Shown: piece by piece, positions 8,613 to 19,712 of the stretch
Position numbering within the stretch: the first letter of the stretch is position 1
Layout: each line of letters starts with the position of its first letter
IMG/VR virus record: IMGVR_UViG_3300015607_004160
Length of the DNA: 64,000 bases
Source of the DNA: a virus
Lineage: Duplodnaviria; Caudoviricetes
Direction: 5' to 3' (one strand)
The notes under the pieces: model-generated
The model's input: only the letters and a program-made list of their open reading frames with translations
What the model was told of the DNA's origin: nothing
Database searches by the model: none
Made by a program: the position numbers and the translations under genes

Positions 8613-11600
8613 CTGCGTGAAAGCTAGTAGGAAAGTACTGCTATTTAATGATATTGAGCTATCAGAATTATTTACAAATGAGGCCACTCCATAGATTGGC
8701 TTCTTAATTCTACTATCAATATTTTCCTCAGTTGTATATCTAAAGAATGGTATCATATCGGTCTCATAGAATTTAATTTTACCAAAGTGTGCATCAAAAT
8801 CACTAGTTGACTTAAAGAATAATTCTAATGACTTTCTATTATAGAAGTACTCTTTCTTATTAACATCTGATGTTAGTGCGTGATTGATAACGCTTGAATT
8901 TCCTGGTAAGTCAATTGGATAGTTATCATTTAACAAATAAATAGTTGGTAATACAGAATATGTTGCTTGATAAGGAAGACCACCATAAGAATTTAGATCA
9001 AAATCAATGACTGAATATCTGAATCTTTCAATATCTCTTGTGTAAACATTATCTAATATATTTGTATTTGTATTGAAATAGGTTGATGTATCATATATTT
9101 CAAAATATCCATGGTTATTCTCATTATATCCCATGGCTGAATCTGCTCCAATTGATAGAGAAAACTGACCTGGTCCTCTATGATTTCCATCTGATCCACA
9201 AAACATTTTTCTAATGTCTATCCAATAGACTCTGAATCTTATTAAATCACCTGCCGTAACCTGAATATTAGCATTATTTATATAAAGCTTACCTATAAAT
9301 GATCCATTTGGCATACTTTCATCCCAAGCAATACAACATTTGTCCTTATCTAAAGAAACTCCATTTCCACTAACACTATTGTTAGTATAATAATCTAGTT
9401 TAGTGCTAGTTACATATTGCCAATTAGATTCGAGGTATGGGTTGCTACCAGTGCCACATCTTTCAACAACACCAACAAATTTAAATGTTGACCATCCATA
9501 TCTATTAAATGAGTTAGATCTATATGTCCTCTCATTACCATGAAAAGTAAATGGAACAAGGGCATTTATCGTTAATGTTGATGTATTTGGCGCTTGATAA
9601 GCATAAAATGAAAATGTTCCATAACTAGTTGTTTGACCAAAAGCGAGGTAAGATGTTGTTATGCTATTATCATATCCGCCATATTGTGTAGACATAGAGT
9701 TCACATCAAACCAATCCATCATATATACCCTCCTAATTGAAGTAGTTGTGTCGCCAAGAACATTGTTATTATTTAGTCCAGATATATTTCCGCTTGGGTA
9801 ATCTCTGAGAGTTACCGGATAGATATTTATATTAGGGGATAGATTTGGATTATTGTAGAATTGCCACTGGCTAGCCGTATAACTTAAATGTGAAAATCTA
9901 ACACCAGCACCATGTGTAGTATCTACTCCACCTATATCTTGATAATGGAATGTATATACACTATTAGTATCAGAGAAATCCTTATTTAATGTACCAGGAG
10001 CAACAAGTGTTTTATCTGATGGATAGTCAGATGGGTTATAATATATTATTTTTTTAGTTTGCACTGCCTTAACACCGACGTTTGTAAACGATTGTGTAGT
10101 ATATTCAATTACTAACTCTCCATCATCATTATTACCAGTGTTTGAATGGTATTCTGTTGAATTATTTGAATATGTCCATCCATTTAACATAAACTCTCCA
10201 GACCAAGGTAACCCACTTGTTTTCATTGGATATGTAAAGTACGATCCATTATTAATATAATCAACATATATCTTGTATTTAGATCCTAGTTTGTAATATT
10301 TATAATTTGAATCAAATGAATTTTTAAATACAGAATTGCTTGATAATACGTCATTTGTTGGATATCCTCTTAGGTTACCATCAGATATATTAACACCATA
10401 ATCATAGTTGTATCTAATATTATCTTTAAGTAAGTTTGTCATTGAGTACGTAACAAAGTTAACATCTATCCAAGAATTATACCTAAACCTGTTAGATACG
10501 TCACTATCATTATTATCTCTAAATGTAAAGTTTTGTATTAATCCAGTATTATAACTATAGGTATTTCCGCCTGATAGGTAATAGGACTGTGTGCTTATAA
10601 ATCTACCTCCATCAAATACACCATCTATCCAATGTGAGTTTTCCATTTTTGTTATGTATGGATATCCTTTGAATAGACCATAGTTCCAAATGCCCTTAAA
10701 GTACCCGTTATGAAACACACCAGATAACCAAACATTTTTAGAAACATAAATCATATGACTTGAGGAGTCTTTAACAATTCTCCTAACAGGCATATTAAGT
10801 GATATTTGAACTGTGATAGTAGTTGTATCAATAGCCAATATTCTATAGTAGTTATTTATCAGTCTTCTATTTTCATTTACATCTATACAAACAATATTAC
10901 CAACCGATACTTTATCACCAATAGATAATCCATTGGTATTATTAAATGCTTGTAATTTAATGATCCATGTATTTGCGGATGTTTCCAATACTCCACCAGT
11001 GACAATATCACTAAATATAACAATATCACTTTCGGATTCACTCCATGTTGACCTCCACCCATTGTTCCAGTATCCTCCTTCCCATACACCAGATTTAAAT
11101 GTTCCATTACCAAATTTCAAACTAACAGCCTCTCTATCAGATATTATATATGGAGTTAAAACTGATGGTAGACTAACACTTGCACCAGTTAATCCATATG
11201 CAAAGGGTGTGCTAAATGTAGCAAATTGATATATTTTATTATTGTAATCACCCGCATATTGAGCCGAAATAGTTTTAACACTTGCTGATTGCAAAATAAA
11301 TGTAGAGCTATCTGGATTTTGATATCCAACCCTTTTAATTCCAAATTCATATGGTGGATCTGAGGATAAAGGAGTATAACTATAGTTATAAGTCACTGTG
11401 TCATCAGTAATACTTTCAATAAATGATTCATTACCAATATATACCAAGAAGTCGGTTCTACCACTACTTGAAACAGTTAGTGATACGCTGTGATTGATAT
11501 CTGATTGTGTAAATACAGATGTTGTTGATCCAGCTACCATAGCATATAATATTTCAGATGCGGTATAAGATCCACCTACAATGCCACCTGATAGTGATGT

Positions 11601-14600
11601 ACCATACAATGATGTTGTATCTCTAACTGTTACAGTTAATTCAGTTGATGAATATGTAGCGCTTGGATAATAATAGTCATTATCATTTAACATATACCAT
11701 GGAACCCATTGTGTTATATAGCTTCCATAAGAATATTGATAGGTTTCAACTACATAAGCATATTGTCCTATGTTTATCTTATCACTTAATTTTTGTGCAA
11801 TTGTTGATGGTGTATCACTTACATCAGCAATAACAGTCACCCAACCATATTTATATTGATAGTTACTGTAGAAGTAGGCATAAACTTTAAATTCATCCCC
11901 AACAGAAACATCGGTTCCTATTTGTAATGTATATCCTCTTAATGATCCTGGTAACGTAATTAATCCGGTGGTTATTATTTGTGGATTAGATGGTGCTCCA
12001 CTAGTTAATACTAGTCCACTACCTGATGTTTCCCAATTGGTAGCAGTAGCATTTTCATCACTATATGTCCAACCACTAAAATCGGTTGGTGAAGATGATA
12101 GTAATAGTTCATTTGTATATGACCCTGTAAACGCATTTATCATATGCACTTTTCCATTTCTTAAGACATTTGATATTCTTAGTAGAATATCTCTATCTTT
12201 AGAATAAATCATATCATTGATCGTATCAAGATTTTCATAATTAAATGGTGAACCATCCCACATACCATTTTTCCATGTACCATCATTCCAATATATATTT
12301 TTAGCATATCCATATTCCCATACACCATTTATCCATCTAGCACCAGACATAGTACCGTTTAAAAATTTACCATCATACCAATCTGATACATAAAACGCAC
12401 CACTATTAAACGTCCCATTCTCCCATACACAGTCAAATAGTGATAGATTAAAAGATGAATGAGTACCAAATGAAGAATCCCAAGTATTTCTATTTACATA
12501 AGGGTTAAATATTCCATTTTCAAATACTCCCTTTTTAAATTTACCATTTAACCAAGCAGAATTTTCAATTACCCCAGATGGATGATCAAATATTCCATTA
12601 ACCCATAATAGATTCTTTAGTGATGCATTCTTTTGCGGTTCAACTTGCTTATTTCTTATATTAATTTCTGAGATTAATTCATCAGTTGCTGCTTTATGTT
12701 TAATATTTGTAACCCATCCATTTCTCCATAATCCATAGTATGAATTTGTAAAAGATTCAGTAAACATAGACTCGTTTTGTACGACAGAGTATGTTGATGC
12801 ACCACCATTGAAGTTACCATTTAGGAAGATACCATTGTTCCATATTCTTCCTTGAAAGATACCGCCATTAAATTCACCATCAAACCATGTTGAATTTGTT
12901 GCATAATTTCCGACACCAAATTGACCTCCATTAAATTTACCATTCTCCCACCCATAATGAGTTGAGTATGTAGAGGAACTCATTGTCCATCCATAATAAG
13001 ATCTAAATTTACCTTTGTTAAAATCTCCATCTTTCCATCTTGCTAGATCTGAAAAATCGCCGCCATTAAACTCACCACCATACCATATAGATTCCTTAGA
13101 TGTTGATGATCCATAGCTTGTAAATACACCGCTATTGAATTTACCATCATACCAATAAATAATACCATCTCCACCAACTTGAGCATTTTCAACAATACCA
13201 TCATTCCATAAGGTTTGTGTAGCACTTATTCCTACATACTTAGCCATTGTTGTATTAAGAGTAGGAATGTTTTTATCACCTAATATACCATTGTTCCATA
13301 TACCACCATACCAATCCGAGTTATATAATTTACCGTTGTTAAATGTTCCATCCAACCAAACAGAATTATAGAAAATTCCATTATTAAATGTTCCTAATTT
13401 CCAGTTCTTATAGTGAGTATTTGAATCATAGTCAATTGATGTTAATGATGTATTTTTAGAATTTTGAAAATATCCATTTTCAAATGTACCATTTTCCCAA
13501 TATCCAGAATCAAAAATACCTCCACCAAATGTTGGACCATTCCATATAGAATTGTTAGAAATACCAGAATTCCATATCAAATCTAATATGTGTGATTTAT
13601 AGACTAATCCATTATCAATTGTATTATTATTGGTTTTAAAAATCTGATTAACTAGCCTTAGTTTCTCTGTATTAATAACTGATAAATCTCTATCATTATT
13701 ATTGAATGCATCATTTGTGAATGTTGTGTTTGTAAATAAGTTTCTAACAAAAAGACCACTATTAATTTCAGATGAGTTGATTAATAACTCATTTACCGAA
13801 GCATACGTTGGTAAGTATCCTAACACCGAGTAGGTTCCACCAGATGGTAAAGTGGTAACAATCGATGAATTGATTAGTGTTAATTTCGCCTCATCAGAAG
13901 CAACACCAGAAGCTGGATAGTATTCTATATTAGATACCTTATAAACACCTGATATGTTTGTATTGACACCTGATGTGCTTGTGTGGTGTATAGAATCTAT
14001 CCATACATAAGATCCATTTTTTAATTTTTTATCATCAATTGTTGGATATGGCTCATTAAGATATATAGAAATTTGATTTGCTGATACCTTTGCAATTTTT
14101 AGTTTTCCACTTTCCACTTTTATAATATTACTTGGGAAATTAACATTAGATCCACTTGTCCACTTTATGTCATTTACAACACCATTTCTAAAATCCGAAT
14201 TACTTATAAATGTTTTTAAGAATAAGTTTTGTACATTATTCTTTTTGATGATATTTTGATTTATATAAGTGTATATACCACTTGCGTTATAGAATGCTAA
14301 ATACTCACCTAAGTCAATATCAATGGACGCATAGTTGTTATCATTTGTAGATATAACATTAGAGAATGTTAATCCAGCAAGTGTATAAACCTCAATTTTA
14401 TTTTTGTTGTCAAATTTACTTTTTAGTGAAGCGAAGCATTCTTGTGCAATTCCGGATACCTTGAAGTTCCAAAACTTATCTAATACATATCTTGTTTCGT
14501 ATGGAAGTAATATTTTTTGATCAGAATCCAAAGAAGATAAGATGTAATCTTTATTTATTTTTGTAATATAAAAATTATCAAATGTGTCAAGTCTATTATA

Positions 14601-15995
14601 ATCCATATCAGAGATGTATAATTTCAATACACCTCTGATATCTGAAGATAATGTTGTAATGTTTCCGACATTTACTGGAATATAACTCATTATATCAGCA
14701 GAAACTACTGATATTCCATTATTTATACTAGATTCACCACCACTAGAATAACTATCAAATAATTGTGAATTAAGTGTTCTTGTATTGGATAGATAAGAGT
14801 TGTCAATGATACTATCTAATGTAGTCGATTCAGTTATTTCTGAGCTATGTATGTTACAATAGTTGTATAAACCACCAATCGTAGAGACTGAATATGTATT
14901 CGATCCACCATAATAGTCATCAATGGCAGTTAATCCGGAATTTGTGACACCTATATTACAATTGATAAAATTGCCATTTATTATCTGAGCCTTATATACA
15001 TTAGAATCTAAGATGTAATTATATCCAAATCCTTTATTATTAGAGAAATCAGTTGTCTGAATAGGCACTCCATTTTCAATTATTGTATAATAAGAGGCAT
15101 CTAATGTAGAAGATTTTGACTTCATTAGCCCATTTATCCAATTTGCATTAACTAAGAATCCAGAATTCCATTTGGACTCTGTCCCCGTCCAATTTTCTTC
15201 TCTTAAATAAGATCCAAAAATACCATCATTGTGTGTTCCTTTAAATATACCCTGTCTAAAATTTAATTTACTTATTATAGGCTGCTTGTATTCAATATCT
15301 ATATTCCAATCATTAATAGATGCAGTCCCATATTTATATATGTTTCTTTGTTTATACGTTTTGTTAGCATATGTTAGATCTTCACCAACAACATAAAACC
15401 TACCATTATTAGTTAATCCCATTGCATAATAATCACTACTAAATGTAAATGTATTATAATTAAATTGATTAGTTACGTTAGTCCATGTGATCCCAACTCT
15501 TGCCCAAAAACCTTTTGTGCTGCTCAAACCGCTATTAATACTAATACCACTAGCATCACCAAAATATGTACTATCTGAGTAGATAATATTATTAGTATAT
15601 CCTTTCTCAAATTTAGAAAATCTAGAATGTGTATATGAGTCGATAAAGATTCTATTGATGTAGTCAAATTCTCTTTGTGAGGTTATGTGATATATTTTAA
15701 TATAATTATCAAAGTCATCTTCTGCGTAAGAGGATGTTACCCCTTTATAGTCAATATCTAATACTAGTTTACACCTATCAGCATATAAAACTTTATATCC
15801 ATCTGCATTCTTAGCATACTTTCCTTTAGCAATAAATGCCTCCGAGTCATGATATCCATTGAGTATAAACACTTTATCATTTCTTTTGATATTAGTATTA
15901 ACTTCAGTATAAAAGGCTGATTTAGCAACGCCATCTATGTAGTACGGTTCTACATAATTTAATAGCCTTGCAGTGTAACTAATGGAGCTCGTCAT
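8604..15995 (-). CDS. Giant 2463-aa protein with (W/F)xxGx pentapeptide repeats; probable virion structural protein
   Basis: Blocks such as WKLGT-FNNGI-FYNSV-WLDGT-FNNGK-LYNSD-WYGGI; rich in S/T/N/G/Y. Confidence 0.75.
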   Translation of the reverse strand: MTSSISYTARLLNYVEPYYIDGVAKSAFYTEVNTNIKRNDKVFILNGYHDSEAFIAKGKYAKNADGYKVLYADRCKLVLDIDYKGVTSSYAEDDFDNYIKIYHITSQREFDYINRIFIDSYTHSRFSKFEKGYTNNIIYSDSTYFGDASGISINSGLSSTKGFWARVGITWTNVTNQFNYNTFTFSSDYYAMGLTNNGRFYVVGEDLTYANKTYKQRNIYKYGTASINDWNIDIEYKQPIISKLNFRQGIFKGTHNDGIFGSYLREENWTGTESKWNSGFLVNANWINGLMKSKSSTLDASYYTIIENGVPIQTTDFSNNKGFGYNYILDSNVYKAQIINGNFINCNIGVTNSGLTAIDDYYGGSNTYSVSTIGGLYNYCNIHSSEITESTTLDSIIDNSYLSNTRTLNSQLFDSYSSGGESSINNGISVVSADIMSYIPVNVGNITTLSSDIRGVLKLYISDMDYNRLDTFDNFYITKINKDYILSSLDSDQKILLPYETRYVLDKFWNFKVSGIAQECFASLKSKFDNKNKIEVYTLAGLTFSNVISTNDNNYASIDIDLGEYLAFYNASGIYTYINQNIIKKNNVQNLFLKTFISNSDFRNGVVNDIKWTSGSNVNFPSNIIKVESGKLKIAKVSANQISIYLNEPYPTIDDKKLKNGSYVWIDSIHHTSTSGVNTNISGVYKVSNIEYYPASGVASDEAKLTLINSSIVTTLPSGGTYSVLGYLPTYASVNELLINSSEINSGLFVRNLFTNTTFTNDAFNNNDRDLSVINTEKLRLVNQIFKTNNNTIDNGLVYKSHILDLIWNSGISNNSIWNGPTFGGGIFDSGYWENGTFENGYFQNSKNTSLTSIDYDSNTHYKNWKLGTFNNGIFYNSVWLDGTFNNGKLYNSDWYGGIWNNGILGDKNIPTLNTTMAKYVGISATQTLWNDGIVENAQVGGDGIIYWYDGKFNSGVFTSYGSSTSKESIWYGGEFNGGDFSDLARWKDGDFNKGKFRSYYGWTMSSSTYSTHYGWENGKFNGGQFGVGNYATNSTWFDGEFNGGIFQGRIWNNGIFLNGNFNGGASTYSVVQNESMFTESFTNSYYGLWRNGWVTNIKHKAATDELISEINIRNKQVEPQKNASLKNLLWVNGIFDHPSGVIENSAWLNGKFKKGVFENGIFNPYVNRNTWDSSFGTHSSFNLSLFDCVWENGTFNSGAFYVSDWYDGKFLNGTMSGARWINGVWEYGYAKNIYWNDGTWKNGMWDGSPFNYENLDTINDMIYSKDRDILLRISNVLRNGKVHMINAFTGSYTNELLLSSSPTDFSGWTYSDENATATNWETSGSGLVLTSGAPSNPQIITTGLITLPGSLRGYTLQIGTDVSVGDEFKVYAYFYSNYQYKYGWVTVIADVSDTPSTIAQKLSDKINIGQYAYVVETYQYSYGSYITQWVPWYMLNDNDYYYPSATYSSTELTVTVRDTTSLYGTSLSGGIVGGSYTASEILYAMVAGSTTSVFTQSDINHSVSLTVSSSGRTDFLVYIGNESFIESITDDTVTYNYSYTPLSSDPPYEFGIKRVGYQNPDSSTFILQSASVKTISAQYAGDYNNKIYQFATFSTPFAYGLTGASVSLPSVLTPYIISDREAVSLKFGNGTFKSGVWEGGYWNNGWRSTWSESESDIVIFSDIVTGGVLETSANTWIIKLQAFNNTNGLSIGDKVSVGNIVCIDVNENRRLINNYYRILAIDTTTITVQISLNMPVRRIVKDSSSHMIYVSKNVWLSGVFHNGYFKGIWNYGLFKGYPYITKMENSHWIDGVFDGGRFISTQSYYLSGGNTYSYNTGLIQNFTFRDNNDSDVSNRFRYNSWIDVNFVTYSMTNLLKDNIRYNYDYGVNISDGNLRGYPTNDVLSSNSVFKNSFDSNYKYYKLGSKYKIYVDYINNGSYFTYPMKTSGLPWSGEFMLNGWTYSNNSTEYHSNTGNNDDGELVIEYTTQSFTNVGVKAVQTKKIIYYNPSDYPSDKTLVAPGTLNKDFSDTNSVYTFHYQDIGGVDTTHGAGVRFSHLSYTASQWQFYNNPNLSPNINIYPVTLRDYPSGNISGLNNNNVLGDTTTSIRRVYMMDWFDVNSMSTQYGGYDNSITTSYLAFGQTTSYGTFSFYAYQAPNTSTLTINALVPFTFHGNERTYRSNSFNRYGWSTFKFVGVVERCGTGSNPYLESNWQYVTSTKLDYYTNNSVSGNGVSLDKDKCCIAWDESMPNGSFIGKLYINNANIQVTAGDLIRFRVYWIDIRKMFCGSDGNHRGPGQFSLSIGADSAMGYNENNHGYFEIYDTSTYFNTNTNILDNVYTRDIERFRYSVIDFDLNSYGGLPYQATYSVLPTIYLLNDNYPIDLPGNSSVINHALTSDVNKKEYFYNRKSLELFFKSTSDFDAHFGKIKFYETDMIPFFRYTTEENIDSRIKKPIYGVASFVNNSDSSISLNSSTFLLAFTQSG

Positions 15996-16053
15996 TTAAA
16001 ACAATTATTCTTTAAGTGTATATATAAAATATTAACTCATCTTTAATATTTTT

Positions 16054-16299
16054 ATGAATATTTTTTGCCTATTAGGATTACATAAATGGATTCACTCTAT
16101 TGAAAAAGATGGATATGGAAAATATGTTCCTGTTGGAACAAACGAAAACCCATCTATCAGGGTATGTGACAAATGTTGTAGGAAGGAATATATTGTAATT
16201 AGAAGCAAAAAGAAAAGATACTTGAGAAGAGACCCAAGTACCTATGATATAAGAGAATTTAAATTGAATCAGATTCTTAATAAGAAGAATTTGTTGTAG
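16054..16299 (+). CDS. Small putative zinc-binding protein (CxxGxHKW...CxxC, DUF1660-like) with C-terminal tag
   Basis: CLLGLHKW...CDKCC; ends IREFKLNQIL. Confidence 0.65.
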   Translation: MNIFCLLGLHKWIHSIEKDGYGKYVPVGTNENPSIRVCDKCCRKEYIVIRSKKKRYLRRDPSTYDIREFKLNQILNKKNLL

Positions 16300-17080
16300 T
16301 AGTTCCTACATTGTTTAGTTTATCTACTGATCCATACCCCATTCCAAACCTATCAACATAAGTAATAAATTGTGTGATTTGAGACATATCTCTTACACCA
16401 CCAGATGCTTTTATCTTCATAGATTTTCCGCTTGATCTAATGGTATCATACATAACTTTAATCTTATTTAGTTCAGCTCCAACTGCAACTTTACCAGTTG
16501 ATGTTTTTATAAAGTCTGCATTACATTTTAAACATATTTTAGTAGCTTCTCTAGTTTGTTCTTCATTTAATAATCCAGATTCAACAATTACTTTTAATAT
16601 AACTGGTGCTCCATTTTTATTAGTTGAAGCGTGACAAATATTTGCAAGACCAGAAACCTCATCATATAAAACATCATCATTATCTTCATTTTTATCTGAT
16701 AGTAAATGATAATTTAATACCATATCAACTTCATCAGCACCATTCGCAATTACAGATTTTGTTTCATCTATTTTTGACTGAACTGAATCTTTACCACTAG
16801 GGAAAGATATAACAGTACAAACGAGTACAGATGAATCTTTAAGTGCTTCTGATGCAACTTTTACCATTTTGGGTAAAACACAAACCGATTTAACCTTTAA
16901 CATTGTAGCTTTTCTACAAAGAACTAATATTTCATCTTCTGTAGCTGATTCTTCTAATAATGTATAATCAATCATTGAATTGATTTCCTCTAGTTTTTTA
17001 TTTGTTAATTTTTCTGAATCATCTGCAGTATTTGGATAAAACTCCTCGTTAATAAACTGTGTATATTTTTTTAGTTTCAT
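16277..17080 (-). CDS. deoC: Deoxyribose-phosphate aldolase with N-terminal tag
   Basis: IDYTLL, TVISFPSG, GADEVDMV, LKVIVE, DFIKTSTG, IKASGGVR. Confidence 0.93.
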   Translation of the reverse strand: MKLKKYTQFINEEFYPNTADDSEKLTNKKLEEINSMIDYTLLEESATEDEILVLCRKATMLKVKSVCVLPKMVKVASEALKDSSVLVCTVISFPSGKDSVQSKIDETKSVIANGADEVDMVLNYHLLSDKNEDNDDVLYDEVSGLANICHASTNKNGAPVILKVIVESGLLNEEQTREATKICLKCNADFIKTSTGKVAVGAELNKIKVMYDTIRSSGKSMKIKASGGVRDMSQITQFITYVDRFGMGYGSVDKLNNVGTTTTNSSY

Positions 17081-17088
17081 AATTTTAT

Positions 17089-17379
17089 TTATTTTATAAT
17101 ATCTCCTTCAATATAGAAGTTTGTAGTTTTGCTATCATCATAGTCTTGTATATTATTTTTGATAAATTGAATAAATTTAGGATCAATCGATCCAAACATA
17201 AGTACTTTTAGTTCCCACTCATCACTTTGAAATTCAGAAATATTATCAATTACATCTTTAACTGGCGTTCCACCATGTTTTTCTTCAAATCTTAATGCAT
17301 GGTAGTCATCATCCCCGGTTACTAATAGAATTCTAGTTTTAGCAAATTCTACACCTTCTGTATATTTTTTAAGCTTCAT
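17089..17379 (-). CDS. Hypothetical protein (N-terminal tag)
   Basis: MKLKKYTE start; first 7 residues identical to those of DeoC. Confidence 0.65.
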   Translation of the reverse strand: MKLKKYTEGVEFAKTRILLVTGDDDYHALRFEEKHGGTPVKDVIDNISEFQSDEWELKVLMFGSIDPKFIQFIKNNIQDYDDSKTTNFYIEGDIIK

Positions 17380-17434
17380 AGTTTATATATTAAATTTTCT
17401 ATAACAAAAACACATTTTGGTTGTATAAACTTAC

Positions 17435-17740
17435 ATGGGAGCTAGCAGAGAAACATTCAACATTTGGTTAGATATTAGACAGAAAAAATGGACCAAAGTT
17501 AAAATGAGTCTAAAATTATTATTTGTTTTTAACAAAAAAAATTGGCGTCGTGAATATATTATCACAGACTCTTTTATTAGACCATTTAACAAAAAAATAG
17601 TGTGTAAAATATTTGGGCATAAATGGAGCACTGAAGAAGAAATAAGAGATGAATATGATAGATTTTATTGTTGGAAGTGTGGTAGGTGGCAAACAAAAGA
17701 AGAAAGACGAGATGATAAAATAAAAAGATTATTGAAATAG
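17435..17740 (+). CDS. Small putative zinc-binding protein (DUF1660-like) with C-terminal tag
   Basis: CKIFGHKW...CWKC; ends RRDDKIKRLLK. Confidence 0.65.
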   Translation: MGASRETFNIWLDIRQKKWTKVKMSLKLLFVFNKKNWRREYIITDSFIRPFNKKIVCKIFGHKWSTEEEIRDEYDRFYCWKCGRWQTKEERRDDKIKRLLK

Positions 17741-17774
17741 TAGAAAAAATAGATATTTATTTAATATATAAGTA

Positions 17775-18374
17775 ATGAAATACCTCCGTTCTTTTTTCAC
17801 GAGAAAATCAAAAGATGATAAAAAAAAACTATCTGATTCCTTAAGTGGGGGATCTGTTGAAGACTATGATGGGGTAATTAGAGAGGTTGAATATTTTACA
17901 ACTGAGGAGATTAATATAATTAATGAAAAGATAGAGTGTGGTAATCTTTTAAGGCCTCGAACACTAATGAATAATCATTATAAGTGTAGTCTAATTAGTA
18001 TTACATTTGGAGATTCCAGACCATATACTGATAATACCAATCATCACGAAATTAGAAAATTTAAGCATGGCCAAAAAAGTATTTATACACTATCTGGATA
18101 TAAATACGATTCACATTTTGATAATGTAGATGACATATGTGAGGTGGTTAACAGTAGATTACTACCATCAAAAGTATATTATGCATTAGGGGTAACACCA
18201 ACACAATGGAGTCAGTACGGATATGAAGATATTGAAAAACTAATACTTGAATACTCAGTTATTAGAAACAATAAAGTTAATGAATTTAGGCTAAAAGAGA
18301 TTGCAGATGAACTTGAAGTTGACTTTGAATTTGCAAAAGCTCGTTTAAAATTTCTTAGGGTTAGTTTAGAGTAA
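17775..18374 (+). CDS. Hypothetical protein
   Basis: 199 aa; TAATATATA motif just upstream. Confidence 0.65.
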   Translation: MKYLRSFFTRKSKDDKKKLSDSLSGGSVEDYDGVIREVEYFTTEEINIINEKIECGNLLRPRTLMNNHYKCSLISITFGDSRPYTDNTNHHEIRKFKHGQKSIYTLSGYKYDSHFDNVDDICEVVNSRLLPSKVYYALGVTPTQWSQYGYEDIEKLILEYSVIRNNKVNEFRLKEIADELEVDFEFAKARLKFLRVSLE

Positions 18375-18404
18375 ACAAATATTGATATTATTGGTATAAA
18401 ATAA

Positions 18405-19256
18405 ATGATGTGGAATACTGAAAGAATTAACCTTCTATCAAATGATATTGAAAATGGAAAATCATTAAAATCAATACTTCGCGATATTTCGATTGATTCA
18501 TTACTAGATATTAATTCAGGTGTTCCAATTTTTCCATTTTATTTACCAAATAATGGTAAAATTGATGTTAATATGAGGTCCGATAATGTACCTTTTCAGC
18601 TAACAGATAGTGAAATGAGAAATTATATTCTATATTATCAAAATCCAATTTTTTTATATGAGATACTTAAAAAAAATTGGCCATTTAGAGAGGGAGATAA
18701 GGAACTTATATCAACACATGAGAAGTTATGGATAGATAATTATTATAAGAATCGATTTAATTTAAATATATCCACATCAATATCAGAAACATACAAATTG
18801 TCTTTTTTTTGCGCCTTTCATTATTTGCTTTTCAATAATAATAAATCAATTATTGTATTTAGTAACTTTTCCTATCTGGGTGCTTCAGATGAAGAGGTTA
18901 ATTATTTTATAAATAAGTATTATAGGATAGTGCCATTTTATCTAAAGCCTGGTATATCAATGATTAAAAATAATAGTATTTTATTTGATAATAATACTAA
19001 AATAACTATATTGAATTATGATAAATCAAAGGTATATGATGCAGATTTTGTTATAATTCCAGATTTAGATAGTATTGATAATACTGATTCTATTTTTGTT
19101 TCAATGTTATCTAAGTCAAAAACAAGGATGGTAGTATGTACTAAGAAAAATATATGTAATTCAAATTCTTTTAGTATCTTTGAGAGGTTAAGTATATTAG
19201 ATTATATTAGGGAAGAAAACTTGGATAGTTTAATATATAATAAAAATAATATTTAA
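18405..19256 (+). CDS. Degenerate large-terminase ATPase-like protein
   Basis: NPIF...NRFNL...LFNNNKSI...PFYLKPGI...SILFDNNTKI follows the T4 gp17-like ATPase pattern; Walker A is replaced by STSISET; no nuclease domain. Confidence 0.55.
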   Translation: MMWNTERINLLSNDIENGKSLKSILRDISIDSLLDINSGVPIFPFYLPNNGKIDVNMRSDNVPFQLTDSEMRNYILYYQNPIFLYEILKKNWPFREGDKELISTHEKLWIDNYYKNRFNLNISTSISETYKLSFFCAFHYLLFNNNKSIIVFSNFSYLGASDEEVNYFINKYYRIVPFYLKPGISMIKNNSILFDNNTKITILNYDKSKVYDADFVIIPDLDSIDNTDSIFVSMLSKSKTRMVVCTKKNICNSNSFSIFERLSILDYIREENLDSLIYNKNNI

Positions 19257-19257
19257 A

Positions 19258-19653
19258 ATGGCATATTCGGAAAAAGTTATTGACCACTATCAGAATCCAA
19301 AAAATGTTGGGACTCTCGATAAGTCAAAATTAAATGTAGGAACTGGATTAGTCGGTGCTCCTGAATGTGGTGACGTTATGCGACTTCAAATAGAAGTTGA
19401 TGATGTTGGAGTAATAACTGATGCTAAATTCAAAACATTTGGTTGTGGATCTGCTATTGCCTCATCCTCACTTGCAACAGAATGGCTTAAAGGTAAAACA
19501 ATTGAGGATGCTGTAAACATTGATAATATGTCCATAGTAGAAGAATTAAATCTCCCTCCTGTTAAAATACACTGCTCAGTATTGGCTGAAGATGCCATCA
19601 AGGCTGCAATTGATGATTATTTAAAAAAGAATAACCTTCCGGGAATAGTTTGA
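19258..19653 (+). CDS. iscU: Fe-S cluster scaffold protein
   Basis: YSEKVIDHYQNPKNVG, GAPECGD, FKTFGCGSAIASSS, LPPVKIHCSVLAEDA. Confidence 0.96.
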   Translation: MAYSEKVIDHYQNPKNVGTLDKSKLNVGTGLVGAPECGDVMRLQIEVDDVGVITDAKFKTFGCGSAIASSSLATEWLKGKTIEDAVNIDNMSIVEELNLPPVKIHCSVLAEDAIKAAIDDYLKKNNLPGIV

Positions 19654-19712
19654 ACTGATTACTAGCAATCATAATTTTAAACTAAAAATAATCAAAAAAT
19701 AAATTTAAAATT

